Below the pieces are notes generated by a model. That model did not search any database. It was not told where the DNA came from and saw nothing but the letters and a program-made list of their open reading frames with translations. DNA of 64,000 nt, from assembly GCF_018350175.1 (NCBI RefSeq), contig NC_058368.1:212848001-212912000 (forward strand). Direction: 5' to 3'. Positions 26,104 through 40,031 of the stretch are shown piece after piece. The stretch's first letter is position 1. Each line of letters opens with the position of its first letter. A program made the position numbers and the translations under genes. The DNA comes from Felis catus. Taxonomy: Eukaryota.

Positions 26104-28267
26104 GAAACAGGATAAGTGAAGCCTGCCTCTATTTCTGTCTGCATTTTGTTTTCTAGGCTCTAGTAGGATTTGCTTCTTCTTCCTTCTTTCTTTCTTTTCC
26201 CTCATTCCATTTTCCTCATTATAAGCTTTCTGTTTTCTTTTCTTTCATCCTTCCTTTCAACCTTTATCTGTGAAACTCTTGCATTCTGCTAAGTAATATG
26301 GAGGATTAGGGGAGATGTCAAGTATACACATGCCCAGCTCGCTCAGAGGAGAAGTGAATATATTAGGCTGCAAGTGATGAAAACAGGAATTGAGAAGTTC
26401 ATTCCAAAAGAACTCTTCTTGGGAAAGGCTCCTTACAGGCATTCATAGAAGGCTCCCACCTCTTAAATTTCATTTACATTTCATGGCTTTTACTGAATTT
26501 TCTTCAACTGTCTCTCCAAACATAGTTCTCTGGTCCATAAGCCATTTCTAGTGAAATTTGGATCATATTTGGCATAATTCCTGTAACTTTGCAAGAATGT
26601 GAGACAGACCATTCATTTCTAAGCAAAGCTCTCTATTTAAAAGATCATGTTTGCCATTTCTCAGGCAGCATTGCCAATAGCACCATCCTCCCTCATTCTG
26701 ATAATCATGGTGGTCCATATCTCCCTAAAATTGTGCTTACCAGGACCCAGCATGCCACTTTTAATTTCACCACTTCTTTATAGACATTTTTTATTAAACT
26801 ACAAACAAGTCTGTTCAAATTGCTTGGGGACAAATGTGACAGAAATACTAATAGCATTTGATATTCCCAGCCTTCCCCAAGCTATTATTCCTTTTAAGTA
26901 AAAAATTTTTCATGCTAAAATTAGATAATATATGAGGCTTGGAGGTGACTTCTCTCAGCACATTGTATTTTCCTCAGGGATAGTGTCATATGGGGTTTCA
27001 GGGACAGAGCATCCAGGCTATGTTCTGAAACTTGTGAAGCATTATAGCATTAAGGTAACCACTTACTCCTGTGTGTCTGAGAGTTCTGAGAAGTCAGAGG
27101 GATTGCTCACTGGCCCATTGCTTCCTGGAGTTTCCCTTGTAAAATGATCACGATGTAATGAGAAGGCAGCCTGACCCATAAAGACCACCTAAGGCAAGGA
27201 ACTTCACCTGTAGGAGAGGCATTAGCTCTGCCTCCCCTTCTGTAACTTGATGAACACACAAAGGCAGGCTCCTCTCTAAACCACCTGGGAGAAGCAGAAT
27301 CTCTCTCCTGGGAGTCTGGCCAAGGAAAAGAACATTTTGTTAATCATTACTCATTATCAATCTAGCCAAAGAATTGTAGGTTTATTTTTCTTTTCATTTT
27401 TTTTTTTAATGTATCTGGGTGGCACAGACTCTAGGCAAACTTTATCACATAAACAGCTAGGTTACAATTCTGGGTGGTTTCCCTGGAGCAGAAGCTCTCA
27501 CACATGTCCTGAATTTCCAGTGGGATCTATTTCACCTTAATAGACTTGGCACTTTCAGTCATCCTTTTGACTTGATAAAATGGAACCCTCCATGTATCTC
27601 TGCAGAGCTCAGGAGACTTTTCTGGGGGAAAAATGTTTGTATAGACTATCATTTTCATATACTGTTACCATAAAATGGAATCATCTTTAAAAACACTTCT
27701 GTGCCTTCTTCTGCCCCATCACCTGGGGCTGTAGACTCAAGGATACAGCTGGCCTTTGGGAACAGAGGAACACTACAATACCAGGAGTGGATCTAGTTTT
27801 TCTTCCTCAAGATTAGTTATTCAAACAGTGACCTTATTTAATTTAAACAAGCCACATTGGCTCTTCTGCCTTCAACAAATAGAAAAGTCCAATAGGAAAT
27901 CCACATTTACTCTTATGGAGAGCAGATACACATTAACAATGACTCAAATCCTCAAAGGCTCTTAGAAACACTAAGTTTTCATCTCTCCCATTGCTCTCCC
28001 AGGAGCATTATAATCTCAGGCAAAGAATCATTTGCTTAAGTAGGCAGGAAACAATTGTTAGGTATTTCATTTTGTATCTTTTCTTGAGGGGACTTGGAAA
28101 AACTGAGAGACTTCCACTCCTCTGATATGAGACTTAAAAAAGTCAATTAAAATATTTTGCTTAGAACCCACCACCAAACAAGATGGACTAGCCAAGATTA
28201 TTTCTAAGAAAAAGCCAAATCATTTAGGCAATATCAAATTGTACTTTTCTAGACAGTAAGTTTAAGA

Positions 28268-28520
28268 CAGCATTTTCAAACATTTGCCTTTACTACAACC
28301 CACAGCAAAAAATACAATTTACATTATTTACACATACACACATATTTATATTTACCTGAAATACATTTTGTGAAGCATCACTTATTCTTACTACATGCTA
28401 TGAACTCTGATATTTTTATCTCTTCTATTTCATCCTATTCAATTCTCTTTCATTCTTTTTAAAAGACTAGCTGCAACTCACAAAATTGGTTTCCCCATGC
28501 ATGACCCCCACTGTGAAAAA
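28268..28520. mobile_element. hAT-Charlie MITE relic (MER113-like)
   Basis: Termini 'cagcattttcaaac' / 'cactgtgaaaaa' and internal motifs recalled from MER113; family uncertain. Confidence 0.4.
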
Positions 28521-28738
28521 AAATCCTAGGGGTTGGTGGGGGAAGAAGTTAATTTTGTCATAACTCCTCTAAATCCTCCCACTTCTATTGAAGATGCTCA
28601 AATTTCTCACTGAGGATGGCATTGCTTTGGCTAAAAATGTTCTCTGGTATTAAAATGTAAATGAACCATGAATGGGTAAAAGAGATTAAACTTGGTTTAT
28701 CATGTACACCTTTATGAGACTGAAAGTATTGCATGATA

Positions 28739-28778
28739 TCACATCACATCACATCACATCACATCACATCACATCACA
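28739..28778. repeat. (TCACA)n pentanucleotide microsatellite
   Basis: About 8 units. Confidence 0.92.
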
Positions 28779-30289
28779 ATGGAGAAAAGAGTTCAGCTTG
28801 GTTAAGGGAGTGGGGGGGTGACAGTGAAAATGAGAATGCTCTGAGGAAGGACTGAGTGAAGGGCTTCTTCTGAGGAGGTTAGGGTACCTTGGTCATCCTA
28901 GACCTTTGCCCTCTCCCCTTATGAAGGTGGAGAGAACCTAGGTGCTTTTTTTTAATAACATTTTTTAACATTTTTTTAAACATTTATTGGTGTCACTTAT
29001 GGTAGAAAAAAGTTTCTACACCAGATGTGCATGACCCAGTTGTTAAATAGAACATTTCCAAGGTGAACACATGCCCTAAACTGCTTTTTACCCACTTCCT
29101 AAGATAGCCAATTCCTTCTTTCTCCCCACCCCAAAACCTCCTCAGCACACCTAGAGTTCCCTGGCTGTCCCCCTCCAGCCCAGCACATATAATGGGGCAG
29201 GAATAGGAAATGCAATGCAGAAATGGAAGGAACAGAACCACAGCACCATAGGTCCTGCAGCAGGGCTTCCATCAGTCCAGGGAACAACCCAGGAGCAAGA
29301 AGCACCATCTGGCCCTACCTCTTTCCCTTCTCTACACTCTTTCTTCCTCTGGGAATGTCCTTCCCATTACCCTCCACCTTCCTCACCTTTTCCAATAGGA
29401 GTGTTTCCAACTCTGCCAACCCTGCTCTGAGCTCCAGAAGCACTTTCAATACCACTCCTTTGTCCTTTCAAAGCAACCTGCACATCATCCACCAGAGCAA
29501 CAATGCATGCAGAGCATCGTCCCTGTTAATCAAGTGTTGGGTTGTCAGTTCCTTGAGGAACCTATGGTCATCTCTAGTACCCAGCACAGTAACCATGCCC
29601 CCTCGCTCGTTCATATCTTTCATTCATTTAACAAATACTAATATAGTGCTAGTACACTGGGCCAGGTGTATGTAGTGCAGTGATGAGCTGCTCTTATTGA
29701 ATGTGTTGTCTATTTGTCCCTGTTGTCTATTTGTTACTGAATAAATACTTGCTGAATGAATGAAGGGATGGAAGAGTGAATAAATGAACCCTATAATGCC
29801 ATTTATTGTTACCTCACCACTTCATCATACACACCCATCCAACCCCAGGACAGTTTTCATTATGAGGAAGTCCTTATACTGAATCAGTCTGTTGTCCCGA
29901 AGTCTCTATGCATCAGTTTATAAAGAATAAGAGCAGCTGACAACAACTGCATGTTCCTAGGCTTTTTCCTCCAACCTAAACATCCTCAGTGCTTTCATGG
30001 GGTCCTCGAGATAGCTGCATCAACAATAATATGGAATGGTTTGAGTTGCTTCACCAGGTTACTTGCTTCCCCAGAAGTCCCTTCCATGTGGTCTGTAATC
30101 TCCTATAAGCAGGACCACCATGATAAAACCTCAGCCTCAGGTGTGTTAACTGCTGCACCCTAAACTTCACATCTACAGATGCAGCCTCCTACCATAAAGC
30201 TTTGAGAAACACATTCTCTCACTGACTTAGTATTAATGTAGGCACACACTTATACGTGAACCCTTTAGGCCTATTTATCCAGAAGCCCT

Positions 30290-30557
30290 CTTTACTTCAT
30301 GAAATTTTGGAATGGGCCTCTTCTTTCCCCCTCCCCATAAGCACATTTGAATTGCTATTTTGAAAACCGCCCTTTTTTGCATGATTGTGTTTCCCTGGCT
30401 ACAGGAAAGCCCTTTACCAGGTGCTTTACTTCATGAAATTTTGGAATGGGCCTCTTCTTTCCCCCTCCCCATAAGCACATTTGAATTGCTATTTTGAAAA
30501 CCGCCCTTTTTTGCATGATTGTGTTTCCCTGGCTACAGGAAAGCCCTTTACCAGGTG
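30290..30557. repeat. Perfect 134-bp tandem duplication (30290-30423 / 30424-30557)
   Basis: Direct comparison found no mismatch. Confidence 0.95.
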
Positions 30558-30689
30558 CCCTATCAGAATTCTTCCACAGAATTTTCTGAGCCTCTTTTAA
30601 GTTCAGTAGCAAAAGTCAGAAGAGGTAAGGCTCACAAGCATTTAAGGAGCATAACACTGCCTAGTGTGGAAACATCGTCAGTAGTGAGA

Positions 30690-30925
30690 GAGAAGAAAAC
30701 CCAAAGGAGAGAATGCCACCCAAAGAGAAGCCAAGACTAGAATAGAGAGCCCCCAGGGCCTTTGTGTCCCTTGCCCCATTTATCCCTGAAACCCAACAGC
30801 TCCATTCCTTCCCTCAGTCTGGTTGTTCTTGGATTCTGGGAGCCAATAAATTCCCTTTTTGCCCTTTTGCCTAATTTCAGTTGGGTTTCTGTAAGTTGCA
30901 ACCAAAATATTCCTGACTAATAACA
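30690..30925 (+). mobile_element. Old MaLR LTR 3' part (MLT1J/K-like)
   Basis: 'aataaattcccttttt...gttgggtttctgtaagttgcaaccaaaatattcctgactaataaca'. Confidence 0.6.
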
Positions 30926-31522
30926 ACCTCTAATTTTTTCTTCCTGAGTGTTGCCATGCTGTTCCTAAACCAAATATTCGCATCCTGTACTTACATGTTT
31001 TTGAACTCAAAGGCAGGATCTTACATTTACTGCTGTGGAACATCATCTTGTTTTATTTGATTCATAATTCTAGTGTAGCTGGTCACAAATTTGTATTCAC
31101 TACTGTCAGTTGTGCTAAGAAAAAGTGGCTTCTGTAAACTTTTGGTAACAGAACTAGTCACCCTCATAAGACCCTGCTGAGTGGCAAGAAAAAAAAAATT
31201 TTCCGGTAACAGTGTCTCAGAAAAAGACTTTTAGGCCAGAAGAAACTGACTTGATTCTTTTGAGTAAATTTTTAGTCCTTTGGAACACTCCAGCCTCTCT
31301 TCTCCAAGATGTTGACTACTTGAAGGAAAGAGTCATGAGATTTCATGATGATGCAAATGGGCCTCATATCCAAGTGACTTCCTCTAGTCCTGCTCGTCTG
31401 TACAGTGGAATAACTCAACTGGTCTCATCCCAGAGGTGTCCATGACCTCACCTGAGCCTTGGGTCATTCACAGCTGGATCAGTGGCTCTGGTCATTTGAC
31501 TCTGGTTACAAACTTGCTGTAT

Positions 31523-32160
31523 GCTGTTATCAAATAAAAACAAATCCAGACTTACTAAGGGGAGTCTTTATTCAAAAGGATTGTTGCAAAAGAGGGAAAA
31601 ACAGTAGGATTAGGGACTATTGTTATAGGGAGAATGTCTTGAGCATGAAGTCTGCATGCTTCTCAAGAGTTCAGCAAAAAGAATTGTTCTTTTATAGAGA
31701 GGAGTAAACAAGAGTAAAAATAACTGGATGTGGGGAGGTGGGATGAAAGGGTGGTATGATGGAATAGTTACCAGAGAATATTTTACTCTGAGGCCAGCCT
31801 ATTCTTAGGAGGGGTTGTATGCTGGCTGAGGCTGAGGGTAGGCCAAAGTTCAGAGACCTGAAGTTAGGAGAGAATCCTAACTAGCTAAAGTTCAATTAAA
31901 AAGTATTTTTTTTCAGATTGGTCAATAGACGAAAGCAGTTCACCTAATGATTTATGAAGCAAAATGGGAATTTAGCAGGTGTGTGTCTGGCCTTGTTGTA
32001 GATAAACCAGGCAGTGTGGGAGAATCTTATCTAGGTCATATGGGTGAGGGTGGGTGGTTCTTTGCAATGAGCCCTTTCCTGGAACACAAAAAGATGGGGG
32101 ATTTCTTCCTGTCTTTTGTCTCCCAGGATCACAGAGCTCAGGTACGGTCCTACATTGTCA
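31523..32160 (-). mobile_element. ERV1 solo LTR (MER89/MER90/MER110 group)
   Basis: Minus strand starts 'tgacaatgtaggaccgtacctgagctctgtg', has AATAAA (tttatt ~31567) and ends '...tttatttgataaca'. Confidence 0.6.
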
Positions 32161-33195
32161 CTGTGAACCTTGGTTTTCAGTCCAATCCAAGCTCTCTAGG
32201 CATCTCATGTGCCCTCTCTGCAGCATGTGAAAATTTCTGGGCACTGAGAATGACACAGATGGATTACAGGAAGCTGAAGTGGTGCCTTGAGTCCTTTGAT
32301 CAAGCGGGCTCTCTGTCAGTAATACACCATACTAGAAGCTATGGATACCCAGCCCATTGTGACACTAATTCCAGAAGTTTGCAGGTTACCACAGGCTATG
32401 CCTAGGGAAACTGACCAATCATCTCAATATGACTGGGTTTCCATATACATATCTGAATACTTCTGCACCTTTAAATTTTGGAGGTCTTGAATAAGGACCC
32501 AAAGGGCCCTAACATCAGAGCTGCATATCCTATTCTGCCTCCTTTCTCCTTCTCACAGCCCTCTGAGATTGCAAGGGATGAGTTTTCCTTCCTTCCTTAA
32601 TGACTTCTGTGACATCATACCTAAGTCCCCTCTGCCCTTTACCTATATTAAAACTCCATGATCAAAACTGTTACTAAGAGCTAAAGAAGTTTAGAAAATC
32701 TATTCTCCACCACCAAAGCCTGTCTTTCAAAATATTGTCAGTCTGTGAACTCCAAACTTCCATTTTGGAGTTTAAAGTTTAGCATTTTCTTTTTCCTTGC
32801 ATTTCTGATGCAAAAATCCTAATATTCCACAAAGCAAATGGGTGTCTCTGGCTGAATAGGAGGTCACATACAAGGAAATTCAAATATGAAGATCATTTTC
32901 TTTAAGTCAAAAAAATATCCCCATAACATTAGCATGGAAATAAAAATAGAACCTAATTGTGTCATCCAGATTATTTGTTAGCTTGATCTCATTCGCCTAT
33001 AAATGTGAAAAACTCATCTTTTGTATCTTCATGGAGTCATTGGTAAAAAGGATAAAATTATTGAATAAGGTAGAGGATAGATCTTGGAGATATACCTTTA
33101 GAAATATATTTGCAAATTTGCGGTGATCCACAGTGAAAATATTGCTTGCCTGGAATTCATTCTGATGTTAGCCCAAGTCAATAATATTGGGGGGC

Positions 33196-33551
33196 TGTAG
33201 TGTGCAAACTCTAAAGTGACCCCCAAAGATCCTCATCTTCTGGTGGTCATGCCTTTCTATAATATCATCCCCTTGAGTCTGGGCAGTACTTGTGAGTTTC
33301 TTCTAACCAATAGAATATGGCAATGGTGATTCAATGTCTCTCCGTGATTATGTTAAGTTGTATAAGATTCAATCTTGTTAGAGACTTGCTGGCTTTATAG
33401 AAGTAAATGAGCATGTTAGAAGGCCCACATGTCAAGAGAGTGAGGGTGGCCTCTGAGAGCTGAGGGCATATAGTATGGTATAATAAAGAGATAGATGTTT
33501 TAAAACACTATGTTTGTGGCAATTTGTTACATAGGGTAGAAAACTAATACA
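33196..33551 (+). mobile_element. MaLR solo LTR (MLT1E/F-like, internally deleted)
   Basis: 'tgtagt...ccccttgagtctggg...cttctaaccaatagaatatggcaa...aatttgttacatag...aactaataca'. Confidence 0.75.
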
Positions 33552-36217
33552 GAGTCATATAGTGAGGGAGCAAACTGTTCAGATATGTGCCTTAGTTCTG
33601 ATCCCTGATTCAGATTATATTGCCTCTTTAGGCAGCTGCCTGAATCGGTACTCAGAAGAACTAGGATCTAAGACAAATCCCATTAAATTATGCAAGCAAT
33701 TTCCTTCCCTTCTCTGTGACTCATTTTTCTCATCTGTAAAATAAGGACATTATAGTGGGTGAACTCTAAAGGACCTTTCATCTAAAAAATGTTATGTCTT
33801 ATCATCCAAAAAAGAGAAAGATACCCTTGAAATGCGTTTGGAGTTAGGTGAAACAGAAAAGAATGAAGTTTAGAAATAGTAAAACAGAAATGAGCAAGTA
33901 TTGAAGAATAAAAGAAATTCAGCTCTGTTTTTAAAAGCCCATATACAGTTAGCCCCATAGAAGTCAATGAAATGAGACAATCCAGACCAGTCACAGATGT
34001 GGTGCTGGCACATATAACCAAATGGGCAATGGGACCATTAGTAGTTCTCAGATTGGTTTTATGGACTTCATTATGGAGACATCTCTTTGTTTAAAAAAAA
34101 AAAATCTAGCTCAAATCTTTTCAAGTGGAAGAAAAAAGAACTTACCCTCAGCCCAACTCTGAGAAACTTAATATGGAAATCCGCTTCGTGTTCTCCACCC
34201 CTAATAACAGACATCGCTCAGTTATTAGACCACTGTCATGAGTTCTGGTTAGTCGGAAGAGCAGAGCCAATGTTCTTAGAAGTAAACCGGAGCAACAAAC
34301 TCATGTGAAATAGTTTTGTAGGTCTCCATTTTCTAATGCTACATAAAGAAAGGCTTTGAATAGTGCTGGATTCTGGGAAGAACCACGGTGAGTATTTTCT
34401 AAGATTTCAAAGTCAATGGGGGATATAACTGAGAACATAAATTCTAAAGCCATCATAAGCTGAATGTTGGAAAAAGAGAAGCAAGTGTTCTTTTCAGTGT
34501 GAAAAAAAACCCTGCTCATTAGAGCCTTAGAATGAATCTACCCTTATAAGTCTAATCCATGAATAAACTAAGAAATAGAACTTTGCTGAAAAATTCCTCA
34601 TGGATTTACAAGTTGCTATAAGTCCCCAGGGAGTGGGGTTTGAGCTATAAAGTTGCCTGAGGTACACAGGTCTGTACAGTGTAGTGAGAATTTGGAAACT
34701 GACATCTCTCCACAACAAAGACACTACTGATACCAAAAACCAGACCTATCTGGCTTTCTGTCCCCTGTATTAAATAGTACTTAGTGTGGGTTTAAGAGTA
34801 ACTTAATGGTTGCTGGCTTAAAAAAGAGGGAATTTTGAAAGACTATTAGATATGTGAAAGCAAAAGTACCTATCTAGATTTTTTTAAGACCTCGGACATA
34901 GAAGTCATTTAATTAATTTTTATCTCAAATTGATAATTGTGAATGGTGTAAGAATACTCAAAATTCTACTTACTTAGGAACATATGGGTAAGACCTGAAA
35001 ACAAGTGCACATATACTTTCATTTTTCTTATCAAATGAAATTACAGTGTTAAAGATCCCAGCAAATAGAAGATATAAATAAATGTAAGTTTCATTTAATC
35101 TTCTATTCTATGCTTTACCCAATTTCCCTATAATAAGGGATCAATTTTTTGCCAACTTTTAGATTTTGTAATGAACTCAGCTGAATGTGAAGTGTGTCAT
35201 TTTGGGTGGACACCAGTTAAATACACAGTCACAGAACTGTACTATAGTAAGACCAAGCTGACAACATTGACTATCTTGCAGGTAATACCGATCTCTGATG
35301 CTAAATCCATTTTTGAAGACTTTGGTTTGAAGGCTTTGGTTAAATGTGGCATTCCTTTCTTCCTCAACTAAGGAAGGATCCAGTTTGGTAGTACTATAGG
35401 AAATAGAAAAATTATCAGCTTTGGGAGCATAAGAATGCTGGCCAGGGTAAGGATTATTTTATCTTCTGTATGTTTTGATGATTAGATTGAATCAGAAATC
35501 TGGAAGTCAGTGATTGGTAATAATCTTACCACCTTAAGTAGACAGCTGGCTGCTCACTAGGTAGAGGACTTCAGAGAAATGTTCCATGACCCTAGATCTC
35601 TCCGGGATGAGATCTTTATTTACCTTTATGTTCAGTCAGACTTTCTAGTTTGCGTTCAAGAATTCAGTTTTAAAAATTAGCAATTTCACTCAGTATTTTT
35701 AAATAATTCTCAAATACTAATTCACCAAAGAATATATTGGTGTCCTACTATATTCAAAACACCTTGCCCATTCAGTAGAGCAGTTTGGGGAGAAGGATAA
35801 ATACATAAATAAGATGTTTCTAGACTAAGAACGCCTTCTCTAGTAAGAGAAATGAGGCATAGTCACAGACAACCACCATACAAAGTAGGATCATGCCCTA
35901 ACAGGAATACAGATAATATGCAATCTAAGTTCAAAGGCAGAAGGATTATTTGAGATTGACAGGATTCAAAAAAAGATTCAACAGTATTTATCATTGATGC
36001 CACAATATGGAGCAATCATAATTATATTAGAATCAAGGATCTCAGAAGAAGAAAAATTCTGAGAAATCATCAAGTCCAGTCCTCTGCCCAATGGTTTCTT
36101 GGGAGGTAGAAATTCATGGACTGACTTTAAGGTATTCAGACCTACATTTCATATTCTTCTTTGTCTCCTTTGGAGATTCATCCTCTCCTATCATGGCATT
36201 AAATATTGAAGTGCCTC

Positions 36218-36414
36218 CAAGCACCTGGATGGCTCAGTCAGTTGAGTGTTTGACTTTGGTTCAGGTCATGATCTCATGGTTTGTGGGTTCGAGCCCCGCG
36301 TCAGGCTCTGAGCCTGCTTCAAGTTCTGCCTCCCTCTCTCTCTGCCCTTCACCCATTCATGCTCTGTCTCTCTCTCAAAAATAAATAAACATTTAAAAAA
36401 ATTTTTTAATCTTT
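36218..36414 (+). mobile_element. Can-SINE, TSD AAGTGCCTC
   Basis: Head 'gcacctggatggctcagtcagttgag'; TSD at 36209-36217 and 36415-36423. Confidence 0.93.
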
Positions 36415-36465
36415 AAGTGCCTCAAGAATTCATCCCAAGGCCATCTATCCATCTCTGAGACTTCA

Positions 36466-36508
<43 letters not shown>

Positions 36509-36552
36509 TTGATATATTGATATATTGATATATTGATATATTGATATATATA
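36466..36552. repeat. (GATA)n followed by (TTGATATA)5 compound repeat
   Basis: Read directly from sequence. Confidence 0.92.
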
Positions 36553-38217
36553 TCATTGACTCTTAAATTTATCTCCAGAGGTAAATATGGAGCTCTTAAG
36601 TTCCATATATTTTACTGCCCACTTTGCATCTTCACTAAGAAAACTTAAAGGCTTATTAAATCCATCATGTCTGAAATGTACCTCATAATTTTCCCTCTCA
36701 AACTTGGTCCTCTTTTATACTTCCCCCTGCACTCATCCTTAAACCCCTACAACACCATTATCAACAGTGAAACTGTACCATCTTTTTGCAATTCATATAT
36801 GACCACGTAATATTTTTGCTAAAACCCTCTAGCAGCTTCCCATTGTTAAAACCCTACACATGGCTTCATGGTTTTGGATGCCTTGGGTTGCAAATAACTG
36901 AGAACTCCCACTCAACTAGCTTAAGTAATAATTATGTCACTTAACAGTAAGTCTTTTAAATAGTGGCTCCAGATAGATCATTAACATCATCAGGGACCCA
37001 GTTTCCTTTCAATCTTTCTTCTCTGCCATTGAATTTTTTTTGAGATTTCTGATTTATCCTCACCATAGTTTTGGTCATGAAAAAAATTTCCTTTCCATAT
37101 CAATCCTTCACATACTTTATTGTGTCCTTTAATTACGATGAGGGTACTTTTGCAAGGTATTTTCAAGTGAGAATAGATAGGGTTCATACAGGGTGCACAG
37201 TTTGAGAAACACCACTTTGTTCACATGACCAAAAAACTTATGGTCCCATACCAACTTATTTGCAAAGCACCGAAAGTCAGTGAGTTTCAAGGGCAGAAGC
37301 ATTCGGTTGTATTGGACTGAAATGTTTAATAGTGTTTGGTCAAGCATAGGTTGGCACACTGTGTTGCCTTCAGGCAATGAGATGAAATATTCAGCAATTG
37401 TGAGTCATAAATTCTCTCCTTGCCATGTACTTTGCTGTGCTGAATGGGTGCAGGGCTGTAACTCAAGAGATAATTAGGAAATAAAAGGCAATATAAGATA
37501 TATGATTTACTATTTTAGAGCCATGCATGAGAAGAGAGGCACACCAGGCAGAAAGGCATCATGAGATACCCTCCTTGGGAATGGCATGATGCTCTTAGGA
37601 ACGTAGGCTGCCAAGCTGAATACACCAGGTTTTGATCCAATATCAACCTCAAATAAAATTTGATGAACAAGAAAGCCATTTACAGTGAAAATATGTTGCT
37701 TGTGGTCATTACTTAGAGGTAGCCAAGGTGACCTTTGTGACCTCCAAAAGAAGCCAACCACCCCAGTTTGAAGAGAGACCAAGACTTAGAATCAGGAGGG
37801 ATTGGAGTTCTAGTCTAGTCCAAACATATAAAAGACACGGCACAATGACCCTAGCATGAGCTCACAGAAGAAAAGCAGAAGCCAAGATGAAGTGGTCTTT
37901 CCATCATTAAGAAAACACACAGAAGTCTTGTAAGGGGAGCTCTATAAAGTTTATGTAATGAAACCAGGTGGAATTTGGTGGTGAACATTAATTGAGTGAT
38001 AATTTTGGATGGAAAGCAAACATAAATGTTCTGGATGTTTTCCACTGTTGATCAGAAAATGCTTAATTTGTCACAGTTTCTTTGAATTTTGAAGATCATT
38101 TGAATCCCCATCTGCCATTGAAAGTTGAATTGAGCAACCAGAGGTTAGCTGATCAGATTTTTTCAAAACACCCATAATTCCAGGTATCTCATGAAGAAGT
38201 ATAAGAAAGACATTGCC

Positions 38218-38898
38218 TCCTCACACCCATTAGGATGGCTACTATCATAAAAAAACAGAAAATGAGTATTAGCGAGGATGTGGAGAAATTGGAACCCTTA
38301 TGCACTGTTGGAATGCAAAATGCTGCAGCTGCTATGGAAAACAGTATGAAGTTTCCTTAAAAAATTAAAAATAGAACTACCCTATGATCCAGCAATCTCA
38401 CTCACAATACCCAAAAGAATTTAAATCAGGGTCTCAAAGACATATTTGCATATCCATGTTTATAGCAGCACTATTAACAATAGCCAAGAGATGTAAGAAA
38501 CCCAAATGTCCATTGACAGATGAATGCAAACAAAATGTATACACATACAGTAGAATATTATTTGGCCTTAAAAAGGGAGGAGATCTTTCCACATTCTATA
38601 ACATGGATGAACCCTGAGGACATTATGCTAAGTGAAATAAACCAGTCACGAAAAACAAATATTGTATGATTCCACTTATATGAGGTATCTATTTGTCAAA
38701 TTCACAGAAATAGAAGAATTGTGGTTACCTGGGAGAGGGAAAGTTGTTTTTTAATGGGTATAGAGTTTTAGAATGGCAAGAGTAAAAAGTTCTGAAGATC
38801 TGTTTCACAACACTGTGAATATATTTAACACTACTGAACTTAAAAATGGCTAAGATGGCAAATTTTGTGTTATGTGCTTTTTATCACAATAAAAAAAA
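38218..38898 (+). mobile_element. Old L1M (L1MB-like) 3' fragment
   Basis: 'cacacccattaggatggctact...gatgtggagaaattggaaccc...tatgatccagcaat...gattccacttatatgagg...ttaaaatggctaagatggcaaatttt', short A-tail. Confidence 0.88.
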
Positions 38899-39812
38899 GG
38901 ACTTCCAATTATCTCATTGGCAATAAACTAGAGAAGAAACCTGGTGAGAGACTTCTTCACAGAAAACAAGGAGATGTTTGGGAGAAAGAATGAAGTTTTA
39001 AGGGGTCTGGACTTGCCTGTCCTTCCTGGTGACTTGGGAAGTATTGAGTGTAATGAGGATAGAGTCGAGATAATAACCTCAGAATACAAAAGGGATTGAA
39101 GAGATGTATGAAAGACCTCCCTTCTGCCAACTTTGAGGCTCCTCAATTCTGAATGTCTTGATAGATCTGTATCTTTTGATACCACAGACCCAGTCTCTTC
39201 TCCTTAGAACCAATACTACCTGAACTGTCAAGGAAGAGTCTTCATAAGATTTGCCCCTATCCATTTGGGGAAGACTAAAAGAAAGTACTTATATCCTGAG
39301 AGCTAAAACACAAGAGTGGATTGGGCTTGGGGGGATACCTGGGGATCAAGTAAGCCAGCAGATATGCATACATAGTTCTTTAGGTTGGAGCAAGACATTA
39401 ATTCAAAACATTCAGGCTTATCTCATTCCTGTGAGAAACCACAGGATCAGAAATAACTAAAAACAAGACCAGCCAGTGGGTCAGAGCTTAAGAAGCAGAG
39501 ACCAGTAGTCCAGTCCATAGGCATAAATAGGAGCCTCCATCCCCCAGGTAGTAAGTATGACTAACAGAGGTTTAGAGACTCAGTTAGGTGGTCCAGGAGC
39601 CACACCCAGGAAACCTGAAGCAAAATGTAACCAATGCCCCTGTTACAGAGCTCTTCCCAGGAATAATACAGACCATTCTGTACAGAAACTCATCTCACCT
39701 AAAGAACCAGATTTAGGACTTTGCCAGTGCTTGACCCTTCCAACTAAGAGTAAGAAAAGGCACCCACTGTTTCTTTCTTAATCTCTTTTCATTCCCTTTA
39801 ATCAGATTGCAA

Positions 39813-39950
39813 AGACTTTATTTCTGGCAGTATGGGGGATATGGACACTGCACACTGTTGAACAGATAGAACAGATAGAAGTCTGTTGAACAGACTTTAT
39901 TTCTGGCAGTATGGGGGATATGGACACTGCACACTGTTGAACAGATAGAA
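39813..39950. repeat. 59-bp direct duplication (39813-39871 / 39892-39950) with 20-bp templated spacer
   Basis: The two copies are identical by direct comparison. Confidence 0.93.
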
Positions 39951-39956
39951 ATACTG

Positions 39957-39980
39957 GAGAGAGGGAGAGAGAGAGAGGGA

Positions 39981-40028
<48 letters not shown>
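39957..40028. repeat. (GA)n microsatellite
   Basis: Read directly from sequence. Confidence 0.95.
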
Positions 40029-40031
<3 letters not shown>

